Of a stretch of DNA of 64,000 nt, positions 1-8,731 are shown piece by piece. Source of the stretch: a virus (Duplodnaviria; Caudoviricetes); IMG/VR virus record IMGVR_UViG_3300031787_000103, positions 1,392 to 65,391 of that record. One strand, written 5' to 3'. Below the pieces are notes generated by a model. The model made no database searches. It saw only the letters and a program-made list of their open reading frames with translations, and was not told the origin of the DNA. The position numbers and the translations under genes are program-made. Position 1 is the first letter of the stretch; each line of letters starts with the position of its first letter.

Positions 1-2110
1 GTGCCTGCGCTGCGGATTGTTCCTGCAACATAGCCGCTGCCTCAAGTGCCTTTCTCTGTGCCTGACGTTCCTCGCTAAGTGAGAGATACCACGCCGCAAG
101 TTTTACTTGGTCTTGCGTGATGAGTTGAACGATGAACTGATAGTCGCTTTCGGTAATACCCGTTCCGCCACTCTTACCAACCTTCTTGCTCTCGTTTGCA
201 GATTGAATAATCTGCATCTTTTCGGCCTGTGACGGCAGCGCTTCGAGTTTAATAGCAAGCTGCTCAAGGGTTGTGTCGCCTACCGATAGGATTGCTTCTA
301 TTCTTTCGCGGCCAATGATACCCTCGTAGTACTCACGGCACTTTTGGTCGAAACGAATATTGAGAATAGTCTTGGCAATAACGACACGGGCTGCTTTTTC
401 CTTGAACTTAACCATCGCGTCTTTGAGCGGGAAAAGTGCGTTGTTGGTCGCGTCAACTTCCAACTGACTAACGCCTAATCCTTTCTCCGAGGACACGTTT
501 GGCGACGCTGCAAGGGCTTGTGTAATACCCGCAACGTCCAAAATCTTCATTAGGTAGTACTCAAGCATATTCGTCCATTCGGCTGCTTGCTTACCTAATC
601 CTCCCTCCAACTCTTGAATAGACGACGCTCCGGTTACAACCTTACCCATCACCATTGAGGACTTGTAAAGTTGCGTACCGTTCTGACGACGAATCTGAAT
701 AAGGTCAAGGGGCTTCATTACCCCGTCACCAAGTGAAATATTTTGAAGAGCTGTAACGTCAATCGCAAAACCTTTCGGTGCTGCTGCCCAAACCGCGGCT
801 TGGAGTTTAAGCCATGAGTGCATTGTCGCGTCGTATAGCGGCAAACAACGCTCGGTAATACTCATGCCTTCTACACGCTCAACGAAGTAGGATGATTTAG
901 CCTCGTCCTTAGTTTCCTTGACGATGTTCTTCTGACGACCGTAATCAAACAAGAACTGTGTGCCGAGGATATACTTACCCTCGTAAATCACCATGTTTGA
1001 TACTATATCGGTCTTGCGCTTGCGACCGTCGGCATACGGGGCTTTTTCCTTGCGCTCGGTGTCTTTGTCGTAGATATACTTACCGTCTTTAGTCTCTCGG
1101 CCTGTGTAATAGGTTAAGTCGTTAGACAAATACTCAAATTCAAGAACATCTACCTCGAAGTCTTCCCAACGGAATCTGTTTGTTACAGGGTCACGAACAT
1201 CGTAGAACTCCCATGTATTGGTAAGTCCGAGGCTTGGGAAGTAGGTCTTTGCCACTTCTCGCACCTTTTCTTCCGAATACCCCTCGTCAACAAGTACGTT
1301 GCGAATTTCTGCAAGACGGTACTTTTCAAGGTGTCCTATGAAGTTCGGGGCTTTCTCGCGCAAATCATCTACCCATGCCATTACAAGCCTTTTGGGTGCG
1401 ATGTGCTTAATCTTTGTCGCTCCTGTCTTTTGGCAGACGTACTGCTTGCCGCAAATGAAGTTACACTCGATTAAGTCGTCAACGCTCTTAGTGCGAATAT
1501 CCGGCCACGACGAAATATCGAAAGTGTGCTGTGCGATGTCCTCAATAGCGGTTTCATACGCTAATTTGAAGCCCCCTAATTTATCGTAGAGTTCAAGTTC
1601 CTGCTCGTTCTGAGGCTCCCATTGGTTGTGTTTTACGGGAAGTCCTGCTTTGACTTTAAGTTGCTTGAACTTAGCCTCATAGAACATTCGCCACTTCATC
1701 GTCTTGCGCTCGGCAATACTTTGAGGGTTAAGGCTATTGGCTTCTACTTTGTAGTCCGAGGATGATAGTATGGACTGAATGATGGCCCGAACCTTTGGGG
1801 CGTAGGACACGATACGAAAGTCCACGTTGGCGTATCCTTTTCTTGCAAAGTTCTTTCTCGCAAGTTCGGGCATATCCTTCGTCGCGCCCGTGAACCAATC
1901 CTTGTAAACACCGTTGTCCTGACGGCCTTCAAGGTATGAACGATACATAGTGAAGACGTTGGAATTATCGTAACCCCAATACGTTGCGTTAGTCGAAAAA
2001 CGCGACCAAATCGCATCTGCCACACGTTTGCCCCACTCTTTTTTCTCTTTCTTTTCGGGGTCAATATCGTCGGGAGGAAACGTAACTGCTGTACCGGCGT
2101 AGCGTATCAT
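1..2110 (-). CDS. Portal protein, crAss-like (3' end beyond window edge)
   Basis: ATG at 2110 (MIRYAGTAVTFPPDDIDPEKKEKKEWGKRVADAIWSRF...YLEGRQD...YANVDFRIVSYAPK) reads toward the window edge, >700 aa. It lies downstream of the terminase, has a portal-like N-terminus, and a TATCTTTG -7 box just upstream. Confidence 0.75.
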   Translation of the reverse strand, partial: MIRYAGTAVTFPPDDIDPEKKEKKEWGKRVADAIWSRFSTNATYWGYDNSNVFTMYRSYLEGRQDNGVYKDWFTGATKDMPELARKNFARKGYANVDFRIVSYAPKVRAIIQSILSSSDYKVEANSLNPQSIAERKTMKWRMFYEAKFKQLKVKAGLPVKHNQWEPQNEQELELYDKLGGFKLAYETAIEDIAQHTFDISSWPDIRTKSVDDLIECNFICGKQYVCQKTGATKIKHIAPKRLVMAWVDDLREKAPNFIGHLEKYRLAEIRNVLVDEGYSEEKVREVAKTYFPSLGLTNTWEFYDVRDPVTNRFRWEDFEVDVLEFEYLSNDLTYYTGRETKDGKYIYDKDTERKEKAPYADGRKRKTDIVSNMVIYEGKYILGTQFLFDYGRQKNIVKETKDEAKSSYFVERVEGMSITERCLPLYDATMHSWLKLQAAVWAAAPKGFAIDVTALQNISLGDGVMKPLDLIQIRRQNGTQLYKSSMVMGKVVTGASSIQELEGGLGKQAAEWTNMLEYYLMKILDVAGITQALAASPNVSSEKGLGVSQLEVDATNNALFPLKDAMVKFKEKAARVVIAKTILNIRFDQKCREYYEGIIGRERIEAILSVGDTTLEQLAIKLEALPSQAEKMQIIQSANESKKVGKSGGTGITESDYQFIVQLITQDQVKLAAWYLSLSEERQAQRKALEAAAMLQEQSAAQA

Positions 2111-2187
2111 TGCTAACAAAGATAGTTTAACACTTCATTAAGCATTTTTTGTTTCAAAGAATGTTTAGAGAAACGTATATTTGGGGC

Positions 2188-2436
2188 ATGAGTAACAAGA
2201 CTAACCCCGACCACTACAAAAAGCACTCGAAAGAAGTGTGGCAAATGATGATTGACGTTTATGGCGTGGAGAAAACCGTAGCGTTCTTTGAGGTTTCAGC
2301 GTTTAAGTACAGAATGAGGGCAGGGCTTAAAGGAACTGAGTCAATCACTGATGATATTGAAAAGGCTCTTAAATGCGAAAGCATGATTGAGCAAATCAAA
2401 AGTCAATACTCAAACGTCCCAAACGGACTGTCGTAA
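2188..2436 (+). CDS. DUF3310 / T7 gp1.7 (nucleotide kinase)-like protein
   Basis: NPDHY...AFKYRMRAGLKG...DIEKA motif pattern; ATG 4 nt after TATATTTG. Confidence 0.7.
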   Translation: MSNKTNPDHYKKHSKEVWQMMIDVYGVEKTVAFFEVSAFKYRMRAGLKGTESITDDIEKALKCESMIEQIKSQYSNVPNGLS

Positions 2437-4811
2437 TCCTTCGGTCTTTGGTCGTCGAAACTTTGAGGGTACTTGGAATAAGCGCCTACCAAAGCAACAC
2501 CACTCGCAGCAGTTAAATCTCGGTTGGTCATATCGTCCGGCCCGTTAAGCGCATACCAATCCTCCAAAATGTTAAGGTGGTTTTCGTATTGTCCGTAACG
2601 CTGAATGTACTCTTGGACACGGCTCAAAATATCGGTCTTACTTGCTCCGGTAGTCTTTATGCCGGGCATTGAAAGTGGCGCGCCGAAGTGGTCTATAAGG
2701 TGCAAAAGGTAGCCATGATAACCCCAATCTCTGAACTTGTCGGCAATAAGCGGCCAGTTCATTTCGGGAAACGCAAAAGCACCGTACAAGATACAAGCCT
2801 TTAGCATCTCCTCTGCAAACTGCTCAGGTTCAGGTGGACGGTTTACATAGTCCAAAACAAACTTATTGGACGACCATTGTTCGATAGGTTTATCTTCGTC
2901 GTCAATCAGATAATCACGGCGATAGAACATTGCACCCGCGCCTTTTGAGCCGTCGGACACAATATCTTCTTCCCTAAAGCCATAGGGGTCAATACCTAAG
3001 ATGAACTTTCCACACACCGAAGGGTCAGGCATCCATCCGTCAATCGTGGGGTCGTAGACCTTCTTATTTCTAAGTTCCGGCTCAGGGATAAACGACACAT
3101 GGAACATTCCCGTTGGGTCGTCCACAACTCTCACGTCACCGCCAAAGTCTGCCTTCCATTCAAGACTCACGGTTCGGGTCAGCGATGATCGGCGTGTAAA
3201 TCTGAGATAAGAAATACGATTACGAAGGATAGCCACGTTAAAGCCCGACGTTGAGCGGCCCGTTGTCATACCCTCGCGCAAGGTGTTTGGAAAGTCGCGC
3301 ATTTCGCTTATCAACCTTTCCTCGTCACCCGCAGCGCTCAAAGCACTTCTCTTGTTTTCTAAAGCCGTCTTTGCGCCTACGCTTGTAAATGTCCCGTCGG
3401 TTGTTTCCACGGGTTTTTTCGGGTCGTCAATAATCGGCATACCGAACTTATCAAAGAACCCGTCAAGTCCGTCAAAGGCCGGTTCCATATACACCAAAAG
3501 ACCTGAGCGCGTCTGCCCGTTTCTATCCCTGTCCTCAAAGTATGAGTCCTTAATCAAAGACTGAAACTGACGACCACCGCCGCTATCCATTTCACCAAAC
3601 GTCGAGGATATAAGCGATAGGCCGTGGTAGCGGAAACCCTGTGAGATACATTTACGGTGAATACTCCACCATTCGTTGAGGTCGTAGACCGAGTTTTCAA
3701 TCTTACCGCCCTCATCCCTCATACAGAAGTGTAGCATAGTTCCGTCGAACGCCCTTTCGCCACTTGCACGGGGTTCTATCCATCCTTCGTGGGCTAAAAC
3801 TTGCCTGTCCGTTACACCTAAGTTTGTCCTATCTGCCGGAAACTGAAAGTTCAATCGCTCTTTTGGATTACTCGAACCGTCGTGTGCGGGTTTGAAAAAG
3901 AACGGTAACTTTTGCCACGGCTTAATCACTTGGTCAAGGTAAACCGTTGTTGCTTTCTCGTCGTTCAAACTCTGAATACCCCCGTTTCTCTGACGGGCCT
4001 CGGTGACAATACAATACCCAATCGCGCAGTCCATTGACGTCGAACCTTTACGTCTACGCTTGGGGTTAATCATCCCCGCAACCGTCCGTGTGGGCATTTC
4101 CACATAGAATCCTTCCTTAGAGTCCTCGCCGCGAACCGTGAAGTCTATTCCGGCGTCCGATAACTTCTTGCAGAAATCATTTACCCCGTCCTCGCCGTAT
4201 AGCTTGGAAAAGTATCGAATCTTTGGCGACCCTTGTTCACGGTAATATACCGCGTACTGATACCATGCTTCATGCGTAGTATAACAATACCGGACAAAAT
4301 GAAATCGTCTGCGGTCGTTGTCGCGGTAATCGGGCCGTCCGTTTGAACCCTTTCTATTATTGGTAATCGACCAATAGTTGAGGTAGAAGTAATGCCACGG
4401 GTCAATGTACGTTGGCTTGCCGTTGATAAACGTCCAATAGCCTACATACCTCCTTTTAATCTCCCGCTTAATCCATTCTATCTCGTCGGCGTAGTACTTC
4501 TTGTTGTCGCGGAGTTCTTGATACACGGTTTCGACCGATACCGTTTTACCCTTAGACACCCCGTACTTTCTCTTGATAACCGGAATGATATTGGCAATCT
4601 TGTCCGGCATTGTCTGATACCGGAATACCTGTTCTTCGGGCTTTAACCCATACCCGTCAACGTACTTAATGGCTTCATCCCATGACACGGGGTGGCCTAA
4701 TTGTTCGGAGTAGAAGTCAGTAAGCGACGGCAATAGTATTCGCTGCGGTCGCAAAATGTCGTCATATTGGTTGACTAAGAACTGACTATCTTCCTGAACG
4801 TAATCACTCAC
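2403..4811 (-). CDS. terL: Terminase large subunit
   Basis: 802 aa; HYFYLNY and KRRRKGST Walker A-like motifs, DEGGK Walker B, ILGIDPY RNase H-like nuclease motif, as in crAss-like terminases. Confidence 0.9.
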   Translation of the reverse strand: MSDYVQEDSQFLVNQYDDILRPQRILLPSLTDFYSEQLGHPVSWDEAIKYVDGYGLKPEEQVFRYQTMPDKIANIIPVIKRKYGVSKGKTVSVETVYQELRDNKKYYADEIEWIKREIKRRYVGYWTFINGKPTYIDPWHYFYLNYWSITNNRKGSNGRPDYRDNDRRRFHFVRYCYTTHEAWYQYAVYYREQGSPKIRYFSKLYGEDGVNDFCKKLSDAGIDFTVRGEDSKEGFYVEMPTRTVAGMINPKRRRKGSTSMDCAIGYCIVTEARQRNGGIQSLNDEKATTVYLDQVIKPWQKLPFFFKPAHDGSSNPKERLNFQFPADRTNLGVTDRQVLAHEGWIEPRASGERAFDGTMLHFCMRDEGGKIENSVYDLNEWWSIHRKCISQGFRYHGLSLISSTFGEMDSGGGRQFQSLIKDSYFEDRDRNGQTRSGLLVYMEPAFDGLDGFFDKFGMPIIDDPKKPVETTDGTFTSVGAKTALENKRSALSAAGDEERLISEMRDFPNTLREGMTTGRSTSGFNVAILRNRISYLRFTRRSSLTRTVSLEWKADFGGDVRVVDDPTGMFHVSFIPEPELRNKKVYDPTIDGWMPDPSVCGKFILGIDPYGFREEDIVSDGSKGAGAMFYRRDYLIDDEDKPIEQWSSNKFVLDYVNRPPEPEQFAEEMLKACILYGAFAFPEMNWPLIADKFRDWGYHGYLLHLIDHFGAPLSMPGIKTTGASKTDILSRVQEYIQRYGQYENHLNILEDWYALNGPDDMTNRDLTAASGVALVGAYSKYPQSFDDQRPKDYDSPFGTFEY

Positions 4812-4983
4812 GGGTTAGTTTATTTTCTGAATATGACGGGTTCTATCCCAAAGAAAACACCGTTTCGGTAGTAGTGTATTTCGCCGTTAGTCTTTTCCTT
4901 AGACCAATCAAAGCCAAATTGTACGTTGAAGTGCATTTTATTGTCGGCGTTTAGGTTGTGATGTGGGTTTTGGGTGCAATCCA

Positions 4984-5628
4984 TTACGGTAATACTTTAT
5001 CAAACACGTTTCCATTGTTGGCCCATTCGACCATGTACTCCTCCGGCATAATGCCCAAATTCTCGTCGGCCAAAAACTGCATCAAATCGCCCTCTAACTC
5101 ACGGGACTTCTCACCCATCAAAATGCGGTCACGGGCTGAAACAAGTTCCTCCCTACACATCGTAATGGCCTCTTGCAAGGTCTTGGCTTCCTTAATGTCC
5201 GATACGTCCTCTAAACTCTTTTGGAGTAAGTTGTAGTAACGAAGTTCCTGAGTACGCGCAAGTGACCAATCCTCTGAGTTTTGAAGCCGGAGGAATAGGA
5301 TAGCCATTCGACGAAACGCCGCGTTCTTAAACAAGGCAATATCGTTGACGTACTCAGGATACTCGTTGTTGTGGTTAGGGTTAATGTTCAAAAATCTCAA
5401 AGCCCAATCCTTACGCTTGGAAAGGTCGGGATAGACCTCAATGCCCGGCGAACCCGGCCCGTACATAAGGCACAAATACCGCATAGGCAACTCGTAGTTA
5501 ATCCCATGCGGCAATCCTTCGTTGTTGGCAAAGACTCCCGAGTGTCGCCAAAGGTCGGCATACCTCGTCACAACGCTTGTTTGGTCGTCGAGTTGGTCTA
5601 CACGGTATTTGGCTTTCGAGAAGTCCAT
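4984..5628 (-). CDS. Hypothetical protein (possible terminase small subunit by position)
   Basis: 214-aa helical ORF upstream of terL on the same strand. Confidence 0.45.
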   Translation of the reverse strand: MDFSKAKYRVDQLDDQTSVVTRYADLWRHSGVFANNEGLPHGINYELPMRYLCLMYGPGSPGIEVYPDLSKRKDWALRFLNINPNHNNEYPEYVNDIALFKNAAFRRMAILFLRLQNSEDWSLARTQELRYYNLLQKSLEDVSDIKEAKTLQEAITMCREELVSARDRILMGEKSRELEGDLMQFLADENLGIMPEEYMVEWANNGNVFDKVLP

Positions 5629-5990
5629 TACTTACGGTTAGGCTTGTTGCGCGGGTTTTTCTTAATCGGCTTCTTGCCCGTGGCTTTTGACTTGATATTC
5701 TGCTTGGAATTTAGGCTGTCAAGTCGGGATTGAAGACCGATAATCTTCTGCTCAAGTCCGTTTGTATAGTCCTCAAGTTCTTTAATGCGTCTTATGGTTT
5801 CAATCTGACGGTCTTCGAGGTTTGTTGTCCTCGCTTGAAGGGCCGCAATCTGAGCCGTGATCTTACCGAACTCGTCGCGCCAACTTTTTAGTGTCTCTTT
5901 GAAATTGAGTTCAAGCGCGTTGAAACTTGCCTTAATATCCGTGACTTCTTTGCCGACGGAAAACCAATTACCCATCTTTCCTAGACCCAT
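5628..5990 (-). CDS. Hypothetical coiled-coil protein with basic tail
   Basis: ORF track; heptad pattern; coupled to the next gene. Confidence 0.6.
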   Translation of the reverse strand: MGLGKMGNWFSVGKEVTDIKASFNALELNFKETLKSWRDEFGKITAQIAALQARTTNLEDRQIETIRRIKELEDYTNGLEQKIIGLQSRLDSLNSKQNIKSKATGKKPIKKNPRNKPNRK

Positions 5991-6001
5991 TGTTTTGAGT
6001 G

Positions 6002-6289
6002 TTAAAGTGTTAAAATTTCTTTCGCGTCCGCTAATGTAATACCTTTTTGCTGCATTCGGTACAACAATTCGTCGTTAAAGTTGTTAACAAAGCGCACGAA
6101 CAAGGGGTTGACCATAAACGTGTTACCATGCTTGTCCTCCACATAAGCCCTGTGTATTATAGCGCCTATCTCCTCCTCGAAGGATAGGAATAACCCGTGG
6201 AAATAGCCGTCCGAGCCGTGGACTAAGACATCTATAATCTCGCCGTCCCACTGATAGTCCGGTGGCATGAACTTACACGGTCGTAACAC
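6002..6289 (-). CDS. Hypothetical protein
   Basis: ORF track; operon context. Confidence 0.55.
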   Translation of the reverse strand: MLRPCKFMPPDYQWDGEIIDVLVHGSDGYFHGLFLSFEEEIGAIIHRAYVEDKHGNTFMVNPLFVRFVNNFNDELLYRMQQKGITLADAKEILTL

Positions 6290-6437
6290 GGGGCTGTATG
6301 CTGAAAAATTCGCCTTTCTTTCCTTTCTCTATCGCTTCCAATCTCTTTCTCTCGCAGTCTTCCCACGATAGGCACGGCTCGATCACCTGCTCACCATGCT
6401 TGTTGAACCTTACAAGGTCGTACATAATCTTGTTCAT
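6273..6437 (-). CDS. Small hypothetical protein (54 aa, MNKIMYDLVRFNKHGE...)
   Basis: Read by hand; TATCTTCG-CCCC-ATG promoter/start pattern. Confidence 0.55.
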   Translation of the reverse strand: MNKIMYDLVRFNKHGEQVIEPCLSWEDCERKRLEAIEKGKKGEFFSIQPRVTTV

Positions 6438-6517
6438 GGGGCGAAGATAGTTAATCCTTTGTTAAAAGCAACAAAATTGGAAATTCAGTCGTATCTTTGG
6501 CGAACAATTACGAGAAA

Positions 6518-6856
6518 ATGAAAGTACAACTCAAAGGCACTGTTGTAAGTGTCGACATCAAAAAAGGAACTTCCAAGAAGGGTTCTGAATGGAAGTCAAA
6601 AACAATCGTCCTTGAAACAGGCGACAAGTACAAAGAGTATTACCCCGTTGAGTTCGGAGGCGACAACTTCGACAAAGCAGACGGTATTCGTAACGGCGAC
6701 AACGTAGAAATCGAAGGCTACCTCGGTGGTCGAAAATGGGAGAAAGACGGCAAGACTTCTTACTTCCTCAGTGTCCGTGGATTTGAGGTTGCTATTCAGG
6801 GTAGTGCGGCTAAATCAAGCGGTCAGCCTATGGAAGAATCGCCTCTCCCCTTCTGA
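6518..6856 (+). CDS. DUF3127-family OB-fold ssDNA-binding protein
   Basis: GTSKKG..WK....VLET...Y....VEF...GRKW...YF pattern and acidic LPF C-terminus; typical of Bacteroidetes phages. Confidence 0.8.
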   Translation: MKVQLKGTVVSVDIKKGTSKKGSEWKSKTIVLETGDKYKEYYPVEFGGDNFDKADGIRNGDNVEIEGYLGGRKWEKDGKTSYFLSVRGFEVAIQGSAAKSSGQPMEESPLPF

Positions 6857-6880
6857 TGTAGCAATTATTCCTCTATTATA

Positions 6881-6934
6881 GCCCCTGCCTCACCTCGTAT
6901 CTGCATTACAGGTGACCGCAGGGGTTGTTTTTTG
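6881..6934 (+). terminator. Hairpin plus T-tract after the SSB gene
   Basis: CCCCTGC..TCACCT / AGGTGA..GCAGGGG followed by TTGTTTTTT. Confidence 0.6.
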
Positions 6935-6977
6935 CAGATTTTTAACAAATAACTTTTGGTGGTGCAGTTTCTTTTAC

Positions 6978-7107
6978 TATATTTGCCGTGCCACCAAGTA
7001 TGAACACAACTAATCATACCCTCACCCGTCCCGCACACGCCGTAACAGGCGGCTTGGTGGCCCTTGCTCGCGGTTCGTGGTGGGGGTTCAACTTTTCAAT
7101 CACATGA
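6978..7107 (+). promoter_or_regulatory. Promoter plus structured leader with a 35-codon uORF upstream of the replication operon
   Basis: TATATTTG at 6978; GCCACCAAG (6990) is complementary to CTTGGTGGC (7053); uORF 7000-7107 overlaps the next ATG. Confidence 0.55.
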
Positions 7108-7790
7108 AAAAAACAACAGGTGGTTTGCTTAAATTCAACAAGGAGGCGGTTCTTCGTGACTTCCTTTACGACTCAATTAAGTCTGCGATAGACAAAAAGG
7201 ACAACAGCATTATTCAACAAAGGGGACTTGAAGATTTGTTCTGCTTTATGGAGCGGACATCTAAAAATCCACTTGCAGAACTAAAGGTTTTTAAGGAGTT
7301 TGTAATACCTCATTATGGTGTTTGTGATGTCGTAGTAGTAAAAAACGATTTTCTGATTACAGGCAATGAAATACTTCCATACGAGCAGCAGGTGTCCATA
7401 TACGCCATAGAAGTTAAAAATGATTACATTGAGCCTAAACACTACAATCAAATATTGAGATATGTAGTTGGTCTTTCCGATTCTTTTTCTTTTTACGAGA
7501 TTAGGTCTTGTATAATTGGAACTGGAATGAAGGAGTCGCATTATCTGTGTACTGCTCTAAATCAGTTGTGGAGCGAATATGACGACTCAAAAAACATTCC
7601 ACTCACATATGAGGCATCGTTTGACTTGAACGGAGTTATGTTTAAGTTGCATGAAGGGTTTAGACCGTCTGCAATTCAAAACGAAGATGATTATTGGAGT
7701 TTTTGTATTGACCACTATCGCTCGATTGGGGCTATAAAGAACATTTCGGTTGAGGAAAAAGAAGAAATGCTAAAGACGTTAGAACAATGA
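7104..7790 (+). CDS. PD-(D/E)XK nuclease-fold protein
   Basis: EF....GVCDVVV...AIEVK...QILRY motif arrangement; AT-rich. Confidence 0.6.
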   Translation: MKKTTGGLLKFNKEAVLRDFLYDSIKSAIDKKDNSIIQQRGLEDLFCFMERTSKNPLAELKVFKEFVIPHYGVCDVVVVKNDFLITGNEILPYEQQVSIYAIEVKNDYIEPKHYNQILRYVVGLSDSFSFYEIRSCIIGTGMKESHYLCTALNQLWSEYDDSKNIPLTYEASFDLNGVMFKLHEGFRPSAIQNEDDYWSFCIDHYRSIGAIKNISVEEKEEMLKTLEQ

Positions 7791-8731
7791 AGTACACAAT
7801 CACAATTAATCAACAGGCTTTGCACAAGATGGGATTGCTTGGTGAGGTCAAGGCTAACCACATGGCGGTACTTGAAGTTATCGCTCGGATGGTTTTTAGC
7901 AGAATGAAAAAGATGGTTGAAAACGACGTAGTGTACGTTGGGGTTAGCTACGAAACAATCGCCAACGAGATACCATTCTTTGAAATTAAGAAGGACAGAG
8001 TAAAGCAAATTGTGCGTGAACTTGGCGACCTCGGTTTTCTTGTAAGATGGGAAAGAAACTCGGCTGAAAGAAGCATTTTCATAGGCTTAGGCCCTAAGTA
8101 TCAGGAGTATACAGGTATTATTGAGGGTGAAACCAAGGGGGCTTATTCAGGCGATAAGATTTTAGCGTCAAGGCGTCAAAATTTTGACGGTAATCAAGAT
8201 ACTTGTCAAGATACTCTTTCTAACTTAGAAAGTAATAATGTCTTGGTTGATGAATTTGTGGCGTACTTAAACCAAATCACAGGTAAAAAATGCAAGGTAA
8301 TTGACCCTGTTCGCAAATCTTTCAAGGCTCGATTAAAGGAAGGTTACAGCTTGGAAGACATGAAAACGGCAACGCTGAATGCTTCAATGACTGAGTTTCA
8401 TATCGAGCACAAGTTTAGCTACATAACACCTGAGTTCATGCTTAGACCCGACAAACTTGAAAAGTTCCTAAACATCGACAAATCTCAGTTGAAGCGGAAT
8501 ATCGAAAAGGTGAAAATAGATTGTCCACCGGATAGTCGTGAAGAAAAGGCTCAAACTACTTACCTTGCGCTTTGGAAAGCAGGAGATGGGGATTGGTTAC
8601 ACCTTGACGACAAAGAACTTGATTGGGTATGGCGCTTTCAAGGTTACGGCAAAACAGAAGGAGTTTACCCGCCGGAACAGAAACTCGTAGAATACCGTAA
8701 GTACACCACAGAAGCACAACTGAATAAATGA
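7787..8731 (+). CDS. Phage replication initiator-like protein (N-terminal HTH plus conserved phage C-terminal domain)
   Basis: YLNQITGK...ARLKEGYSLEDMK...YITPEFMLRPDKLEKFLN resembles the Phg_2220_C domain; directly upstream of the helicase. Confidence 0.7.
   Translation: MKYTITINQQALHKMGLLGEVKANHMAVLEVIARMVFSRMKKMVENDVVYVGVSYETIANEIPFFEIKKDRVKQIVRELGDLGFLVRWERNSAERSIFIGLGPKYQEYTGIIEGETKGAYSGDKILASRRQNFDGNQDTCQDTLSNLESNNVLVDEFVAYLNQITGKKCKVIDPVRKSFKARLKEGYSLEDMKTATLNASMTEFHIEHKFSYITPEFMLRPDKLEKFLNIDKSQLKRNIEKVKIDCPPDSREEKAQTTYLALWKAGDGDWLHLDDKELDWVWRFQGYGKTEGVYPPEQKLVEYRKYTTEAQLNK

Noticed and set aside
7104-7790. Restriction-modification system
   Set aside because: A nuclease-fold gene is present but I recognised no methyltransferase in the window.
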